The notes beneath the pieces were generated by a model. The model was not told where the DNA came from. It saw nothing but the letters and a program-made list of their open reading frames with translations, and made no database searches. The translations under genes were made by a program, and so were the position numbers. Positions 16,402 through 27,026 of a stretch of 62,216 bases of DNA are shown one piece after another. Origin of the DNA: Patescibacteria group bacterium (GTDB lineage: Bacteria; Patescibacteriota; Patescibacteriia; UBA1558; S5-K13); assembly GCA_028692545.1 (NCBI GenBank), contig JAQUXC010000005.1, positions 1 to 62,216 of the forward strand, given 5' to 3'. The first letter of the stretch is position 1; each line of letters starts with the position of its first letter.

Positions 16402-18591
16402 ATGAAGCCTGTTTTAAAAAATAAAATCAGGAAGTTTTTGGTAGTATTACCGATTATATATATATTGGGATTTTTTTGTGTAAATGCAGAAAATCAGGAC
16501 ACAAAAGAAATACTTATAAAACTAAAAAATTCTAATCAAATATATAAAATTAAATTTGATAATAATGAGAGTATTCAGAAGATAAAGTCAGAATATGAAA
16601 AAAATGATGATGTAGAAATAGTATCTGAAAATCATAACTATAATATAGCAATATTACCAAATGATGCTATTTTTTCAGAACAAAAATATTTAAAAGATAC
16701 AAATATAGATCTTGCTTGGACATTTGCTAGAAATACTCAAAATATAACAATAGCTGTTATAGATACTGGAGTAGATTTAAAACATCCTGATCTAAAAAAC
16801 AATATATGGATCAATAAATACGAAATCCCGAATGACGGAATAGATAATGATCAAAATGGATATGTAGATGATGTTTATGGATGGGATTTTGTAAATAATA
16901 CATCTGACAATAATGTAAAAATTAGTGTTGGCTATAAAGAATATGCTGTAAATCATGGAACCATTATAGCAGGAATAGTATCTGCCGTTACAAATAATAA
17001 AGAGGGTATTGCAGGAGCTTCATGGGGAGCAAAAATAATGTCTCTTAGAGCTATTGATAGTCAAGGACAAGGAAATACTTATAACGTAGCAAGAGCAATT
17101 GATTATGCTACAAAAAACGGAGCTGATATTATTAATCTAAGTTTTGTCGGTAAAAACAACGATGAAATATTATCAGATGCAATTAGACGTGCATATAAAG
17201 CTGGAGTGGCTGTTATAGCAGCATCTGGCAATGAAAATTCAATAGGTATAGATTTAGATTTAGACCCGAGATATCCAATATGCAATGATTTTAATGACAA
17301 TACCGTATTTGGCGTAGGATCTATAAATAATGAAAATAAAATATCTTTTTTTTCAAATTACGGAGAAAAATGTATTGATATTATGGCTCCTGGTGAAAAC
17401 TTTGTAAGCACACAGGTTTATCAACCAACTATAAGAGGATTTACTGAAAAATATATAAAAAATTTGTCTGGTACTTCTGTTTCAACTCCACTCGTAAGTG
17501 CTACTGTTGCCCTTATAAAATCAATAGACCCAAGTTTTTCAATTTCTGAAATATATAAAATAATAAAAGATAGTGCAAAAGATATATCTTTTACAAATTT
17601 TAGCAAAAGAAATAAAATAGGCGCTGGACTTCTTGATGCCAACAAAGCTGTAATATTGGCACGAAAAATAGCAATGAATAAAATTATATCCATTATTACT
17701 ATACCTAGTACTGGAACAAATTTTGAAATCAAAAACTTCAATCAAAAAACAGACAAAAACGAAACATACAAAATAGATGATGATAATAAATTCTATACCT
17801 ACAACATAGCCTCGGGAGATTTAAATGGTGATGGAAAACAAGAATTAATATTATCAAAAACAGATCAGAAAGGAACAAATATATCCATATATGATCAAAA
17901 ATGGAATCTGATAAATAATTTTACAATAGATTATAAAAATCCCATTAGCATAACAACGGGAGACCTTTATTCAAATAGAAGAGACAAAATAATAATAGGA
18001 TCTTCATCTGGATATAAGCCAGAAGTGTCAATATATGATATAAGTGGAAATTTATTAAATAAATTTCTTGTTTATGGTGAAAATTTTAGAGGTGGTGTAA
18101 ATGTTGCATTATGTGATCCAGATGGAGATTTTAATAATGAAATAGTCGTAACTGCAAAAACTGGTGGTGGCCCGCATGTAAGAATATTTAATAAAGATGG
18201 AAAATTAAAGGGTCAATTTTTTGCTGGAAAAACTAGTTTTAGAGGTGGTCTCAATATATCTTGTGGAGATTTAGATAAAGATAAAAAAGATGAAATAGTT
18301 TTAAGTCCAATGCAAGATGACGAACCAATGATTTCAATATATGATGCAAATGGTGAAATTATAATGAATTTTCTATCTTATGCAAATGACTTAAGAAAAG
18401 AAATAAAAACACAAGTAATTGACATAAATGCAGATTATGAAAAAGAAATAATTACTTACATTGGTACTGGAGCAAAATCACATATAAGAATTTTTAATAT
18501 GAACGGTGATTTAATAAAACAATTTTTTGCATATGAAAATAATAATTTAAAGGGTATAAATTTAACAACATACATTCAAAATGAACATTAA
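16402..18591 (+). CDS. Secreted subtilisin-like S8 protease with C-terminal FG-GAP/VCBS-like repeats
   Basis: Catalytic context: AVIDTGVDLKHPDL (Asp), HGTIIAGIV (His), SGTSVSTPLVSA (Ser). The C-terminal half has repeated GDLNGDGKQELI / CDPDGDFNNEIVV / CGDLDKDKKDEIVL units. ATG 16402 precedes the signal peptide; the track start 16366 is a TTG. Confidence 0.88.
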   Translation: MKPVLKNKIRKFLVVLPIIYILGFFCVNAENQDTKEILIKLKNSNQIYKIKFDNNESIQKIKSEYEKNDDVEIVSENHNYNIAILPNDAIFSEQKYLKDTNIDLAWTFARNTQNITIAVIDTGVDLKHPDLKNNIWINKYEIPNDGIDNDQNGYVDDVYGWDFVNNTSDNNVKISVGYKEYAVNHGTIIAGIVSAVTNNKEGIAGASWGAKIMSLRAIDSQGQGNTYNVARAIDYATKNGADIINLSFVGKNNDEILSDAIRRAYKAGVAVIAASGNENSIGIDLDLDPRYPICNDFNDNTVFGVGSINNENKISFFSNYGEKCIDIMAPGENFVSTQVYQPTIRGFTEKYIKNLSGTSVSTPLVSATVALIKSIDPSFSISEIYKIIKDSAKDISFTNFSKRNKIGAGLLDANKAVILARKIAMNKIISIITIPSTGTNFEIKNFNQKTDKNETYKIDDDNKFYTYNIASGDLNGDGKQELILSKTDQKGTNISIYDQKWNLINNFTIDYKNPISITTGDLYSNRRDKIIIGSSSGYKPEVSIYDISGNLLNKFLVYGENFRGGVNVALCDPDGDFNNEIVVTAKTGGGPHVRIFNKDGKLKGQFFAGKTSFRGGLNISCGDLDKDKKDEIVLSPMQDDEPMISIYDANGEIIMNFLSYANDLRKEIKTQVIDINADYEKEIITYIGTGAKSHIRIFNMNGDLIKQFFAYENNNLKGINLTTYIQNEH

Positions 18592-19021
18592 CAACCTTAA
18601 TAAATATAAAAAATTATTATTTCAGATTATAAAATTTGGTATAATTGGATTAATAAATGCTAGTATTGATTTTTCTATATATATTATTCTTACTAGAGGA
18701 TTTGATATACAAAAAAAATATTATTTAATTGCAAATTTTATATCATTTTTATGTGCAAATATAATAAGTTTTATTTTAAATAAAAAATTCGCATTTGAAG
18801 ATCAAAGTAAAAACAATAATAATATAAAATATATAAAATTTTTTACAATAACATTAGTATCTTTGATAATTTATCAAATATCATTATTTATTTTTATAAA
18901 TTATATAGGAATACAAAATAATGATATATATGGTAAAATAGTTGGTGTAATAATAGGTGCTATATGGAACTTTTCTATGTATAAAATATTAATTTTTAAA
19001 AATATAAAAGATAATAAATAA
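18581..19021 (+). CDS. GtrA family membrane protein
   Basis: 146 aa with 4 TM segments and the GtrA-like pattern FGIIGLINASIDFSIYIIL...NFISFLCANIISFILNKKFAFE. Confidence 0.8.
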   Translation: MNINNLNKYKKLLFQIIKFGIIGLINASIDFSIYIILTRGFDIQKKYYLIANFISFLCANIISFILNKKFAFEDQSKNNNNIKYIKFFTITLVSLIIYQISLFIFINYIGIQNNDIYGKIVGVIIGAIWNFSMYKILIFKNIKDNK

Positions 19022-19070
19022 ATTTATTCAGATCAATCGAACTAAACTCGATTAACTGGACAATAAAAAT

Positions 19071-20099
19071 ATGACTAAAAAACAAGTAATATTTGACAAA
19101 AAAAACATATTGGTAATAGGAGGTGCTGGATTTATAGGATCAAATTTGATAGAACATTTACTGCAAAATAATAAAGTGATATGCATAGATAGTTTTGTTA
19201 CTGGAAATTATGAAAATATACATTCCGTACTACAATTTCCTGATTTTGAACTTATAAAACATGATATGAGTGAAAAAATAGATCTTGAAAAAATAGAAGA
19301 ATTAAAAAAATTTAGGATAGAATTCCAAGGTATACAAGATATAATATATCTTGCATGTCCTACGTCATATAAAGATTCTGACAAATATTCAATAGAAACT
19401 ATAGATGCAAATTCTATTGCTTTAAAAAATTCATTAGAATTAGCAAAAAAATATGAATCTAGGTTTCTATTTACTTCAACATCTGCAGTATATGGAGACG
19501 CTGAAGATGTAGATGGTCTTGTAGATGAATCTTATATTGGAAAAATAAATCATTTAGAATCTCGTGCACCATATAATGAAGGAAAAAAATTTGCCGAAAT
19601 GATGGTGTATAATTATCATAAAAAGTATAATTTAGATATAAGTATTGTAAGAATTTTTTATACATATGGACCAAAAATGATAACAAATGATGGAAGACTC
19701 ATTCCTGATTTTATAAATTGTGCATTTGAAAACAAAGATTTAGTAATCTATGGTTCTGAAAACAAAACAAGCACATTTTGTTACATAGAAGATGTAATAG
19801 ACGCACTACTAAAAGATATGGATACTCCTTTTTTTGAACCACTAAATATTGGAAATCCAGAAGAAATAGAAATAAAAAAAGTAGCAGAAAAAATAATAGA
19901 ATTAATTGGCTCAAAATCAAAAATCGTGTTTGAGAATGATTTAGATAATATTCAAAGAAGATTAATTCCAGATATTACAAAAGCAAAAGAACTCTTTGGA
20001 TGGATGCCTATGACAAGACTAGAAGATGGACTTAGAAAAACAATAGATCATATCCAAAGAGAAAGAACTATGCTTACACCTAACAAATTAAACTTATAA
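19071..20099 (+). CDS. NAD-dependent sugar-nucleotide epimerase/dehydratase (UDP-glucuronate decarboxylase-like SDR)
   Basis: Rossmann motif VIGGAGFIGSNL, catalytic YNEGKKFAE (YxxxK), then IVRIFYTYGPKM. Confidence 0.7.
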   Translation: MTKKQVIFDKKNILVIGGAGFIGSNLIEHLLQNNKVICIDSFVTGNYENIHSVLQFPDFELIKHDMSEKIDLEKIEELKKFRIEFQGIQDIIYLACPTSYKDSDKYSIETIDANSIALKNSLELAKKYESRFLFTSTSAVYGDAEDVDGLVDESYIGKINHLESRAPYNEGKKFAEMMVYNYHKKYNLDISIVRIFYTYGPKMITNDGRLIPDFINCAFENKDLVIYGSENKTSTFCYIEDVIDALLKDMDTPFFEPLNIGNPEEIEIKKVAEKIIELIGSKSKIVFENDLDNIQRRLIPDITKAKELFGWMPMTRLEDGLRKTIDHIQRERTMLTPNKLNL

Positions 20100-20152
20100 A
20101 TAATATAATAAATCTAGATTATTGACTTTAACTCAACTAGATAAAGAAACAT

Positions 20153-21310
20153 ATGACAAAATATTTTTTTACATCAGAATCAGTAACAGAAGGTCACCCA
20201 GATAAAATTTGTGACCAAATAAGCGACAAAGTATTAGACACAATATTAGAACAGGATCCACATGGACATTGTTGTTGTGAATCTTTTACAACTACCGGAT
20301 TGGTACTAGTAGGAGGAGAAATCACTACAAATATATATGTAGATATAAGAAAAATAGTAAGAGATACTTTGAAAGAAATAGGTTACAACAATCCAAATTA
20401 TGGTATTGATTATCAGAGTTGTTCTGTACTTACAGCTATTGATCCACAATCACCAGACATCGCTCAAGGCGAAGATGAAAATCAAGGTGATCACAAAAGC
20501 ATGGGTGCAGGAGATCAAGGAATGATGTTTGGTTATGCTTGTAATGAAACCCCAGAACTTATGCCACTTCCAATAACTTTGGCTCATAGACTTACAAAAA
20601 AACTTGCGGAAGTAAGAAAAAATGGAACTTTGGCATATCTAAGGCCAGATGGAAAATCTCAGGTTACAGTAGAATATGAGGACGGAAAACCAAAATCTGT
20701 AAATACAGTTGTAGTAGCTGCTCAACATAATCCAGATGTAGATTTGACAAAATTAAGAGCTGATATTGTTGAACATGTTATAAAACCAATACTTGGAGAA
20801 TATTTTGTTGAAGATACAAAAATTTTAATAAATGAAACTGGAAGATTTGTAAGTGGTGGTCCTGCTGCAGATACTGGACTTACTGGAAGAAAAATAATAG
20901 TAGATAGCTATGGAGGAATGGGTCGCCACGGTGGTGGATGTTTCTCTGGAAAAAGTCCAAACAAACAAGATAGAAGTGGTGCTTATATGGCTAGATATGT
21001 AGCAAAAAATGTAGTAGCTGCTGGACTCGCAGATAGAGTAGAAATAGAAATATCTTATGCAATAGGATATCCAGAACCAGTTTCTATAATGGTAAATACA
21101 TTTGGAACAAGCAAATTATCTGATGAAGAATTAGAACAAATAGTAAAGAAACATTTTGACTTTACCCCTTCTGGAATTATAAATAATCTAGATCTTCTAA
21201 GACCAATATATGCTCAGACAGCAACTTATGGTCATTTTGGAAGAAATGATTTAAATCTTCCTTGGGAAAAATTGGATAAAGTAAATGAATTAAAACAATA
21301 CATAAAATAA
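20153..21310 (+). CDS. metK: S-adenosylmethionine synthase
   Basis: [51 protein letters not shown]. Confidence 0.97.
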   Translation: MTKYFFTSESVTEGHPDKICDQISDKVLDTILEQDPHGHCCCESFTTTGLVLVGGEITTNIYVDIRKIVRDTLKEIGYNNPNYGIDYQSCSVLTAIDPQSPDIAQGEDENQGDHKSMGAGDQGMMFGYACNETPELMPLPITLAHRLTKKLAEVRKNGTLAYLRPDGKSQVTVEYEDGKPKSVNTVVVAAQHNPDVDLTKLRADIVEHVIKPILGEYFVEDTKILINETGRFVSGGPAADTGLTGRKIIVDSYGGMGRHGGGCFSGKSPNKQDRSGAYMARYVAKNVVAAGLADRVEIEISYAIGYPEPVSIMVNTFGTSKLSDEELEQIVKKHFDFTPSGIINNLDLLRPIYAQTATYGHFGRNDLNLPWEKLDKVNELKQYIK

Positions 21311-21413
21311 ATTCACATTTTTTAATTTTCAATTTGAATTGAATTTCCAATTATCAATAATTCAAATACATTTAGTAAATTATAAATTGAAAATTGTTAA
21401 TTAATAAGAATAT

Positions 21414-21504
21414 ATGAAATCCGTTAGATAATGTATTTAAATAAATAATACAAAATTTAAATGGGTCAAAATAAAGTTATATGACACACAATAACAAAAA
21501 AATA
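21414..21504. repeat. Direct repeat copy 1 (about 91 bp), paired with 23534-23624
   Basis: ATGAAATCCGTTAGATAATGTATTTAAATAAATAATACAAAAT...ATGACACACAATAACAAAAAAATA aligns with copy 2 with a handful of mismatches and indels. The offset is exactly 2120 bp. Confidence 0.85.
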
Positions 21505-22536
21505 TCTAACGGATTGAAAATATTAATTACTGGTGGCACGGGCTATATAGGATCTCACACTATTGTAGAATTACAAAATAGTGGTTTTGATGTTGTTATA
21601 ATTGATAATTTATCAAATTCTAATATCAAAGTACTTGATGGTATAAAAAAAATTACTGGCAAAAAACCAAAATTTGAAAAATTAGATATATTAGATACGA
21701 AAAAATTAAAAAATTTTTTTGATAAAAACCAAGACATAGAAGCTATTATACATTTTGCGGCCTACAAATCTGTAGCTGAATCTATAGAACAACCACTAAA
21801 ATATTATAGAAATAATGTTTTGGGATTAGTAAATATATTAGAAGAAATGAAAAATCACAAAATATCAAATTTTATTTTTTCATCTTCCGCAACTGTATAT
21901 GGAGAAGCTGATAAATTTCCTGTCACAGAAAATAGTCCTACAAAAAAAGCAACTTGTCCTTATGGAAGTACAAAAATAATGAGTGAGCAAATTTTGGAAG
22001 ATTTATCAAAAACTGATAAAAATTTTAATATAATTTCACTTAGATATTTCAATCCTATAGGATCTCACGATTCATCACTTATTGGAGAATTGCCAATAGG
22101 CACACCTGCAAATTTGATACCATTTATAACTCAAACTGCTATTGGTAAAAGAAAAGAGCTAAAAATTTTTGGAAATGATTACAATACTCCTGATGGATCA
22201 TGCATAAGAGATTATATTCATATAGTAGATTTAGCACATGCACATATATCAGCGTTGAATAGATTAATTCAAAACAAAAACAAAAATAATTATGAAGTAT
22301 TTAATATTGGAACAGGACAAGGAACTTCTGTACTTGAAATAATAAAAATATTTGAAAAAGTAAGTGGTACAAAATTAAATTATTCTATAACAGAAAGACG
22401 TGATGGAGATATAGCTATTTCATATGCCGATGTAAGTCTTGCAAATAAAGAACTTAATTGGAAAGCAGAAAAGACAATAGATGAGGCATTACTTTCTGCA
22501 TGGAATTGGGAAAAATATATTAATGAACAAAGATAA
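21481..22536 (+). CDS. galE: UDP-glucose 4-epimerase
   Basis: ILITGGTGYIGSHT, YGSTKIMSEQIL (YxxxK), DGSCIRDYIHIVDLA. Confidence 0.93.
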   Translation: MTHNNKKISNGLKILITGGTGYIGSHTIVELQNSGFDVVIIDNLSNSNIKVLDGIKKITGKKPKFEKLDILDTKKLKNFFDKNQDIEAIIHFAAYKSVAESIEQPLKYYRNNVLGLVNILEEMKNHKISNFIFSSSATVYGEADKFPVTENSPTKKATCPYGSTKIMSEQILEDLSKTDKNFNIISLRYFNPIGSHDSSLIGELPIGTPANLIPFITQTAIGKRKELKIFGNDYNTPDGSCIRDYIHIVDLAHAHISALNRLIQNKNKNNYEVFNIGTGQGTSVLEIIKIFEKVSGTKLNYSITERRDGDIAISYADVSLANKELNWKAEKTIDEALLSAWNWEKYINEQR

Positions 22537-23200
22537 TCCAAAAATTTTTATTGTAATACCAGCTTGGAATGAAGAAAAAAACATTGCTCCTGTTTTGGAT
22601 AAATTAATTCAAAAATATAACAATGTTGTAGTAATAGATGACTCATCATCTGACAATACATCAGAAATAATAAAAAAATATCCAGTAGTACTTTTGAAAC
22701 ATATTATAAACAGAGATCAAGGCGCATCACTTCAAACTGGAAATGATTATGCTTTAAAAAATGGAGCTGATATTATAGTTCACTTTGATGCAGATGGACA
22801 ATTTTTAGTAGAAGAAATAAGTGACTTAATAAATCCAATTATAAATGATGATTATGATATTGTTTTTGGATCAAGATTTTTGGAAAAGAAATCAAAAATA
22901 CCATTATTAAAAGAAAAAATTCTTTTTCCAATGGCTAGAATAACAAATAAATTAATAATGGGAATAAATACCACAGATCCTCAAAGTGGATTTCGTGCTA
23001 TGACAGCTGATGCCGCAAGAAAAATAATTATAAAACAAGACAGAAAAGCACATTGCAGCGAAATATTACACAAAGCATTTAAATATAAATTGAAAATAAA
23101 AGAAGTTCCAATGACTGTGATATACAATAGATTTGGACAAAATTTTTCAGGAGGAATTGATATAGTAAAAGATTTATTAATAAAAAAAATAATAAAATGA
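22523..23200 (+). CDS. GT2 glycosyltransferase, polyprenol-phosphate sugar synthase (GtrB/DPM1-like)
   Basis: IFIVIPAWNEEKNI, VVVIDDSSSDNT, HFDADGQ, and about 225 aa. The start was chosen at ATG 22523 (MNKDNPK); the track start is 22481. The stop codon is TGA. Confidence 0.82.
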   Translation: MNKDNPKIFIVIPAWNEEKNIAPVLDKLIQKYNNVVVIDDSSSDNTSEIIKKYPVVLLKHIINRDQGASLQTGNDYALKNGADIIVHFDADGQFLVEEISDLINPIINDDYDIVFGSRFLEKKSKIPLLKEKILFPMARITNKLIMGINTTDPQSGFRAMTADAARKIIIKQDRKAHCSEILHKAFKYKLKIKEVPMTVIYNRFGQNFSGGIDIVKDLLIKKIIK

Positions 23201-23547
23201 TATTTTTAAGAATAATAATAACAATATTTATACTATCAACACTTATAAAATTATTCCAAACCAAAAAGTCTGGAAAAATTTCAACTTTGAATTTCCTATT
23301 ATGGAGTATATTATGGATAAGTGTTGGAATAGTTTTTTACAAACCAGAATTATCTACGCAATTTGCAAAAACACTTGGTATAGGTCGTGGTGCTGATTTG
23401 ATGATTTATGCTTCAATAATAGTAATATTTTATTTAATATTCAAAATTCTTGCCAAATTTGAAAGAATAAATGCAGATATTACAAAAATTACAAGAAGTA
23501 TTGCAATTTCAAAAGCAGAGGACAATAGAAAAGATGAAACCCGTTAG
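23197..23547 (+). CDS. DUF2304 family small membrane protein
   Basis: 116 aa with 3-4 TM segments and the motif TLGIGRGADLMIYASI. It overlaps the GT2 stop (ATGA), which is the usual GT2-DUF2304 pairing. Confidence 0.7.
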   Translation: MIFLRIIITIFILSTLIKLFQTKKSGKISTLNFLLWSILWISVGIVFYKPELSTQFAKTLGIGRGADLMIYASIIVIFYLIFKILAKFERINADITKITRSIAISKAEDNRKDETR

Positions 23548-23624
23548 ATAATGTATTTAATAAATAATACAAAATCTAAATAGATCAAAATAAAAATTAT
23601 GTGACACACAATAACAAAAAAATA
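23534..23624. repeat. Direct repeat copy 2, paired with 21414-21504
   Basis: It contains the real 3' end of the DUF2304 gene and a dead copy of the galE start (GTGACACACAATAACAAAAAAATAATTTAA). Confidence 0.85.
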
Positions 23625-23647
23625 ATTTAAAAATAATCTAAACTAGT

Positions 23648-24706
23648 ATGGAATTTGACAAAAAAGTAGCCGTAATAGTAGTAAACTACAATGGCAAAAA
23701 ATTTTTAGATGATCTTTTTGAATCATTAAAAATCACAAAGTATCCAGCAGACAAATGGAAACTTGTATTTGTAGACAACAATTCCGCCGATGATTCTCTA
23801 GAATACGCAAAAGAAAAATATCCTTTCGCACATTTTATAGAAAACAAAGAAAATTTAGGATTTACTGGTGGAAATAATTGTGGAAGCGATTGGGCTATAG
23901 AAAACAATTATGATTATATATTTTTGCTAAATCAAGACACGATAGTTACATCAGACTGGCTAAATATATTAGTAGAGACAATGGAAAATGATTTGACGAT
24001 TGCATGTCTTCAACCAAAAATATTACTTCACCCAGAAGTAGAAAAAATAAACACAGCTGGAAACAAAATAAATTTTCTTGGTTTTGGATATAGCACATTA
24101 AATGGAATAAAAGATGAAGGACAAATAAAATATTTAAGCGATATAAATTACTGCTCAGGAGCTGGTGTTCTTATAAGAGTTGATTTTATAAAAAAAGTTG
24201 GACTTTTTGATGATGAAATGTTTTTTGACTTGGAAGATTTGGATCTTGGCTGGAAAGCACAAATGTTGGGATATAGAAATGTAATAAATCCTCGTGCCAT
24301 AATGTACCACAAATACAAATTTGGTGGCGCAGGAAAAAGAATGTATTTTACAGAAAGAAATAGATTTATAGTATTTTATAAAAATTACAAAACAGCAACT
24401 AGAATTTTGCTTTTGCCAATGTCTATAGTAATGGAATTTGGAATTTTGCTTTTTGCACTAAAAAATAAATGGTTGAAATACAAAATACAAAGTTATTTTT
24501 ATTTTCTAAATCCAAAAAATTGGAAATACCTTAGAAGAGCAAAGAAAAAAATTCAATCACTTAGAACTGTAAAAGATGTCGATATAATGAAAAAGTTTAC
24601 TCCTGTAATAAATTTTCAAGAAATAGACAATCCACTTCTAAAATATGTTGGAAATCCTATAATGAAACTTTATTATTGGCTTATGATACTAATTATAAAA
24701 TGGTAG
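23648..24706 (+). CDS. GT2 glycosyltransferase (rhamnosyltransferase-like) with C-terminal TM segments
   Basis: VAVIVVNYNGKKFL, FVDNNSADDS, FLLNQDT, DLEDLDLGWKAQMLGY. Confidence 0.85.
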   Translation: MEFDKKVAVIVVNYNGKKFLDDLFESLKITKYPADKWKLVFVDNNSADDSLEYAKEKYPFAHFIENKENLGFTGGNNCGSDWAIENNYDYIFLLNQDTIVTSDWLNILVETMENDLTIACLQPKILLHPEVEKINTAGNKINFLGFGYSTLNGIKDEGQIKYLSDINYCSGAGVLIRVDFIKKVGLFDDEMFFDLEDLDLGWKAQMLGYRNVINPRAIMYHKYKFGGAGKRMYFTERNRFIVFYKNYKTATRILLLPMSIVMEFGILLFALKNKWLKYKIQSYFYFLNPKNWKYLRRAKKKIQSLRTVKDVDIMKKFTPVINFQEIDNPLLKYVGNPIMKLYYWLMILIIKW

Positions 24707-25857
24707 AAAATACAAAAAAAATATCTCACATAGTTTGTGTATTTCCACCTTACAATGGTGGAATAGGTACAGCAGCTCAAAAACAAGCTAAAATTGGCCA
24801 AAAATTTGGCTATAATGTCTCTGTATATACCCCAAATTATCAAAAAACAGGCGATATTAGAGACGTAATAGAAAATATAGATATATACAGACTAAACCCA
24901 AAATTTACACTAGGAAACGCAGGATATATTAATATTTCAAAATATTTAAAAGATGCTGATATTATTCATCTCCACTATCCATTTTATTTTTCAATGATTC
25001 CTGTAATATTGTTTGCCAAAAAACACAAAATAAAAGTTTTGACTTTCTGGCATATGAATCCAAAAGATGTTGGACTAAAAGGATTATTTTTTGTGCTTTA
25101 TGAAAAATTTGTTACGCCTTGGATATTCAAAAATTCTGACAAAACATTAGTAAGCACAAGTGATTATTTTTTGAATAGTTCTACAAAAAAATTATTTGAA
25201 AAAAATAAAAATAAAATACAAGAATTAGCTTTTAGTGTAAACACAGAAAATTTTAAACCGCGAGAAAAAAATTTTGAATTAATTGAAAAATATAATTTGA
25301 TTGGAAAAAAAGTTTGTATATTTGTTGGTGGACTGGACAGGGCACATTATTTCAAAGGACTTGAAATAATACTTCATGCATTTACAAAATTAAATGATAA
25401 TTATAGATTGCTTGTTGTAGGCATTGGAGATATGAAAGAATATTATAAAAATCTTACAAAAGAATTAAAAATTGAAGAAAAAATAATATTTCTAGATTCT
25501 ATACAAAACAACGCACTTCATAAATACTATAATTTGGCTGATTGTCTTATACTTGCTTCTATAAATCAAGGTGAAGCATTTGGAATAGTGCAACTTGAAG
25601 CAATGTCTAGTGCAATCCCTGTAATAGCATCTGATTTACCAGGGGTAAGAACAGTTCTAAAAGACAATGAGACTGGATTTACTTTCAAAACTGGCAATGC
25701 AAATGATTTATCTGATAAAATAAAAAAACTTTTTGAAACAGAGGATTTGCTTATAAAATTTGGTAACAACGCGAGAGAAAGAGTATTAGAAAATTATAGT
25801 GATGAAATAATTTCACAAAAATTGAATTCAATATATGAAAATATGCTTAATAAATAG
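24700..25857 (+). CDS. GT4 (GT-B) glycosyltransferase
   Basis: The EAFGIVQLEAMSSAIPVIASDLPG (E-x7-E region) is present. ATG 24700 overlaps the upstream stop (ATGGTAG); the track start 24676 is a TTG. Confidence 0.85.
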   Translation: MVENTKKISHIVCVFPPYNGGIGTAAQKQAKIGQKFGYNVSVYTPNYQKTGDIRDVIENIDIYRLNPKFTLGNAGYINISKYLKDADIIHLHYPFYFSMIPVILFAKKHKIKVLTFWHMNPKDVGLKGLFFVLYEKFVTPWIFKNSDKTLVSTSDYFLNSSTKKLFEKNKNKIQELAFSVNTENFKPREKNFELIEKYNLIGKKVCIFVGGLDRAHYFKGLEIILHAFTKLNDNYRLLVVGIGDMKEYYKNLTKELKIEEKIIFLDSIQNNALHKYYNLADCLILASINQGEAFGIVQLEAMSSAIPVIASDLPGVRTVLKDNETGFTFKTGNANDLSDKIKKLFETEDLLIKFGNNARERVLENYSDEIISQKLNSIYENMLNK

Positions 25858-26995
25858 CTTTTTCTATCCAGATAAAAAAGGTGGCGCTGAGACAGTAGTG
25901 TACAATATTGCAAATGAACTGAAAAATAGAAACTACAAAGTAGTTGTAATATGCGCAGGATTAGAAAAAGAAAAAACAACCGAAGAATATTTGGATGGTT
26001 TTAAAATATATAGAGTAGGCTTCGATAAATATTTTCCATTTCATAATATTGATAATGAAAATATATTTTCTAGACTCTTATGGAGAATACATCAATTCAA
26101 TAACAAATTCTCATCAAAAAATATACAAACTATAATAACAAAAGAAAATCCAGATTTAATTCTTACTCATAATGTTTTGGGACTTGGATATAATATCATA
26201 AAAGATATAAATAAATTCAAGAAGAAACACATCACAACGATTCATGACGTACAACTTGTAATTCCATCCGGTGTAATGACGAAAGAAGCAAAAATAAATG
26301 ATATAAATAAAATTTATATGTTTTTTACAAAAAATATATATAGAAAATGTAAGTACATTATAAGTCCATCTCAAAAATTAGTAGATTTTTATTCAAAATA
26401 CAAATTTTTCCAAGATGCAAAAATAAATATATTACCAAACCCAATACAATTGCAAAAAATAAGTACACAAGAAAAAAAACATGATGAATTAAAAGTTTTG
26501 TATATTGGACAACTTGAAGAGCATAAAGGATTATCTGATCTTATAAAAACATTCAAAAAATTGGACGCAAAAAAATTTCATCTTACAATAGCTGGTCGTG
26601 GACAAATGGCAGAAAAAATAAATAATATTGCCTATACTGTAAGTAATATAGATTTTGTAGGAGAATACTACGCTCAAAAAAGAATAAAATTACTAGAAGA
26701 AAGTGATATAGTTGCAATTCCATCAAAATGTTTTGAAAATTCACCAATGGTAATGTATGAATCATGGCTTTCTGGTGTTCCTGTAATTGTTTCAGATTTT
26801 GGTGGATTACCAGAATTAATAAAAGAATACAAAAATGGCTGGACTTTTGAAATGGGAAATATTGATGATTTGAAATTAAAGTTAGAAGATATATACAAAA
26901 ACAAGGAAAAATTAGATGAAATATCAAAATATTGTCTAGAATATGTAAAAAAGTTTGATGTTTCTAAATATGTAGATAAAATATTAAATATTTAA
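25835..26995 (+). CDS. GT4 (GT-B) glycosyltransferase
   Basis: MKICLINSFFYPDKKGGAE and ENSPMVMYESWLSGVPVIVSDFGGLPELI. Confidence 0.85.
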   Translation: MKICLINSFFYPDKKGGAETVVYNIANELKNRNYKVVVICAGLEKEKTTEEYLDGFKIYRVGFDKYFPFHNIDNENIFSRLLWRIHQFNNKFSSKNIQTIITKENPDLILTHNVLGLGYNIIKDINKFKKKHITTIHDVQLVIPSGVMTKEAKINDINKIYMFFTKNIYRKCKYIISPSQKLVDFYSKYKFFQDAKINILPNPIQLQKISTQEKKHDELKVLYIGQLEEHKGLSDLIKTFKKLDAKKFHLTIAGRGQMAEKINNIAYTVSNIDFVGEYYAQKRIKLLEESDIVAIPSKCFENSPMVMYESWLSGVPVIVSDFGGLPELIKEYKNGWTFEMGNIDDLKLKLEDIYKNKEKLDEISKYCLEYVKKFDVSKYVDKILNI

Positions 26996-27003
26996 CCCCC
27001 CCC
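26996..27003. repeat. Homopolymeric C8 tract immediately after the GT4 stop codon
   Basis: TTTAA-CCCCCCCC-TGCAAAGCGGG, 23 nt upstream of the GtrA-like ATG. Confidence 0.95.
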
Positions 27004-27026
27004 TGCAAAGCGGGACAAGAAAAAAG

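Noticed and set aside
20100-20152. SAM riboswitch upstream of metK
   Set aside because: Only about 53 nt separate the upstream gene from the metK ATG, and they are almost pure A/T. That is too short and unstructured for any SAM riboswitch class.
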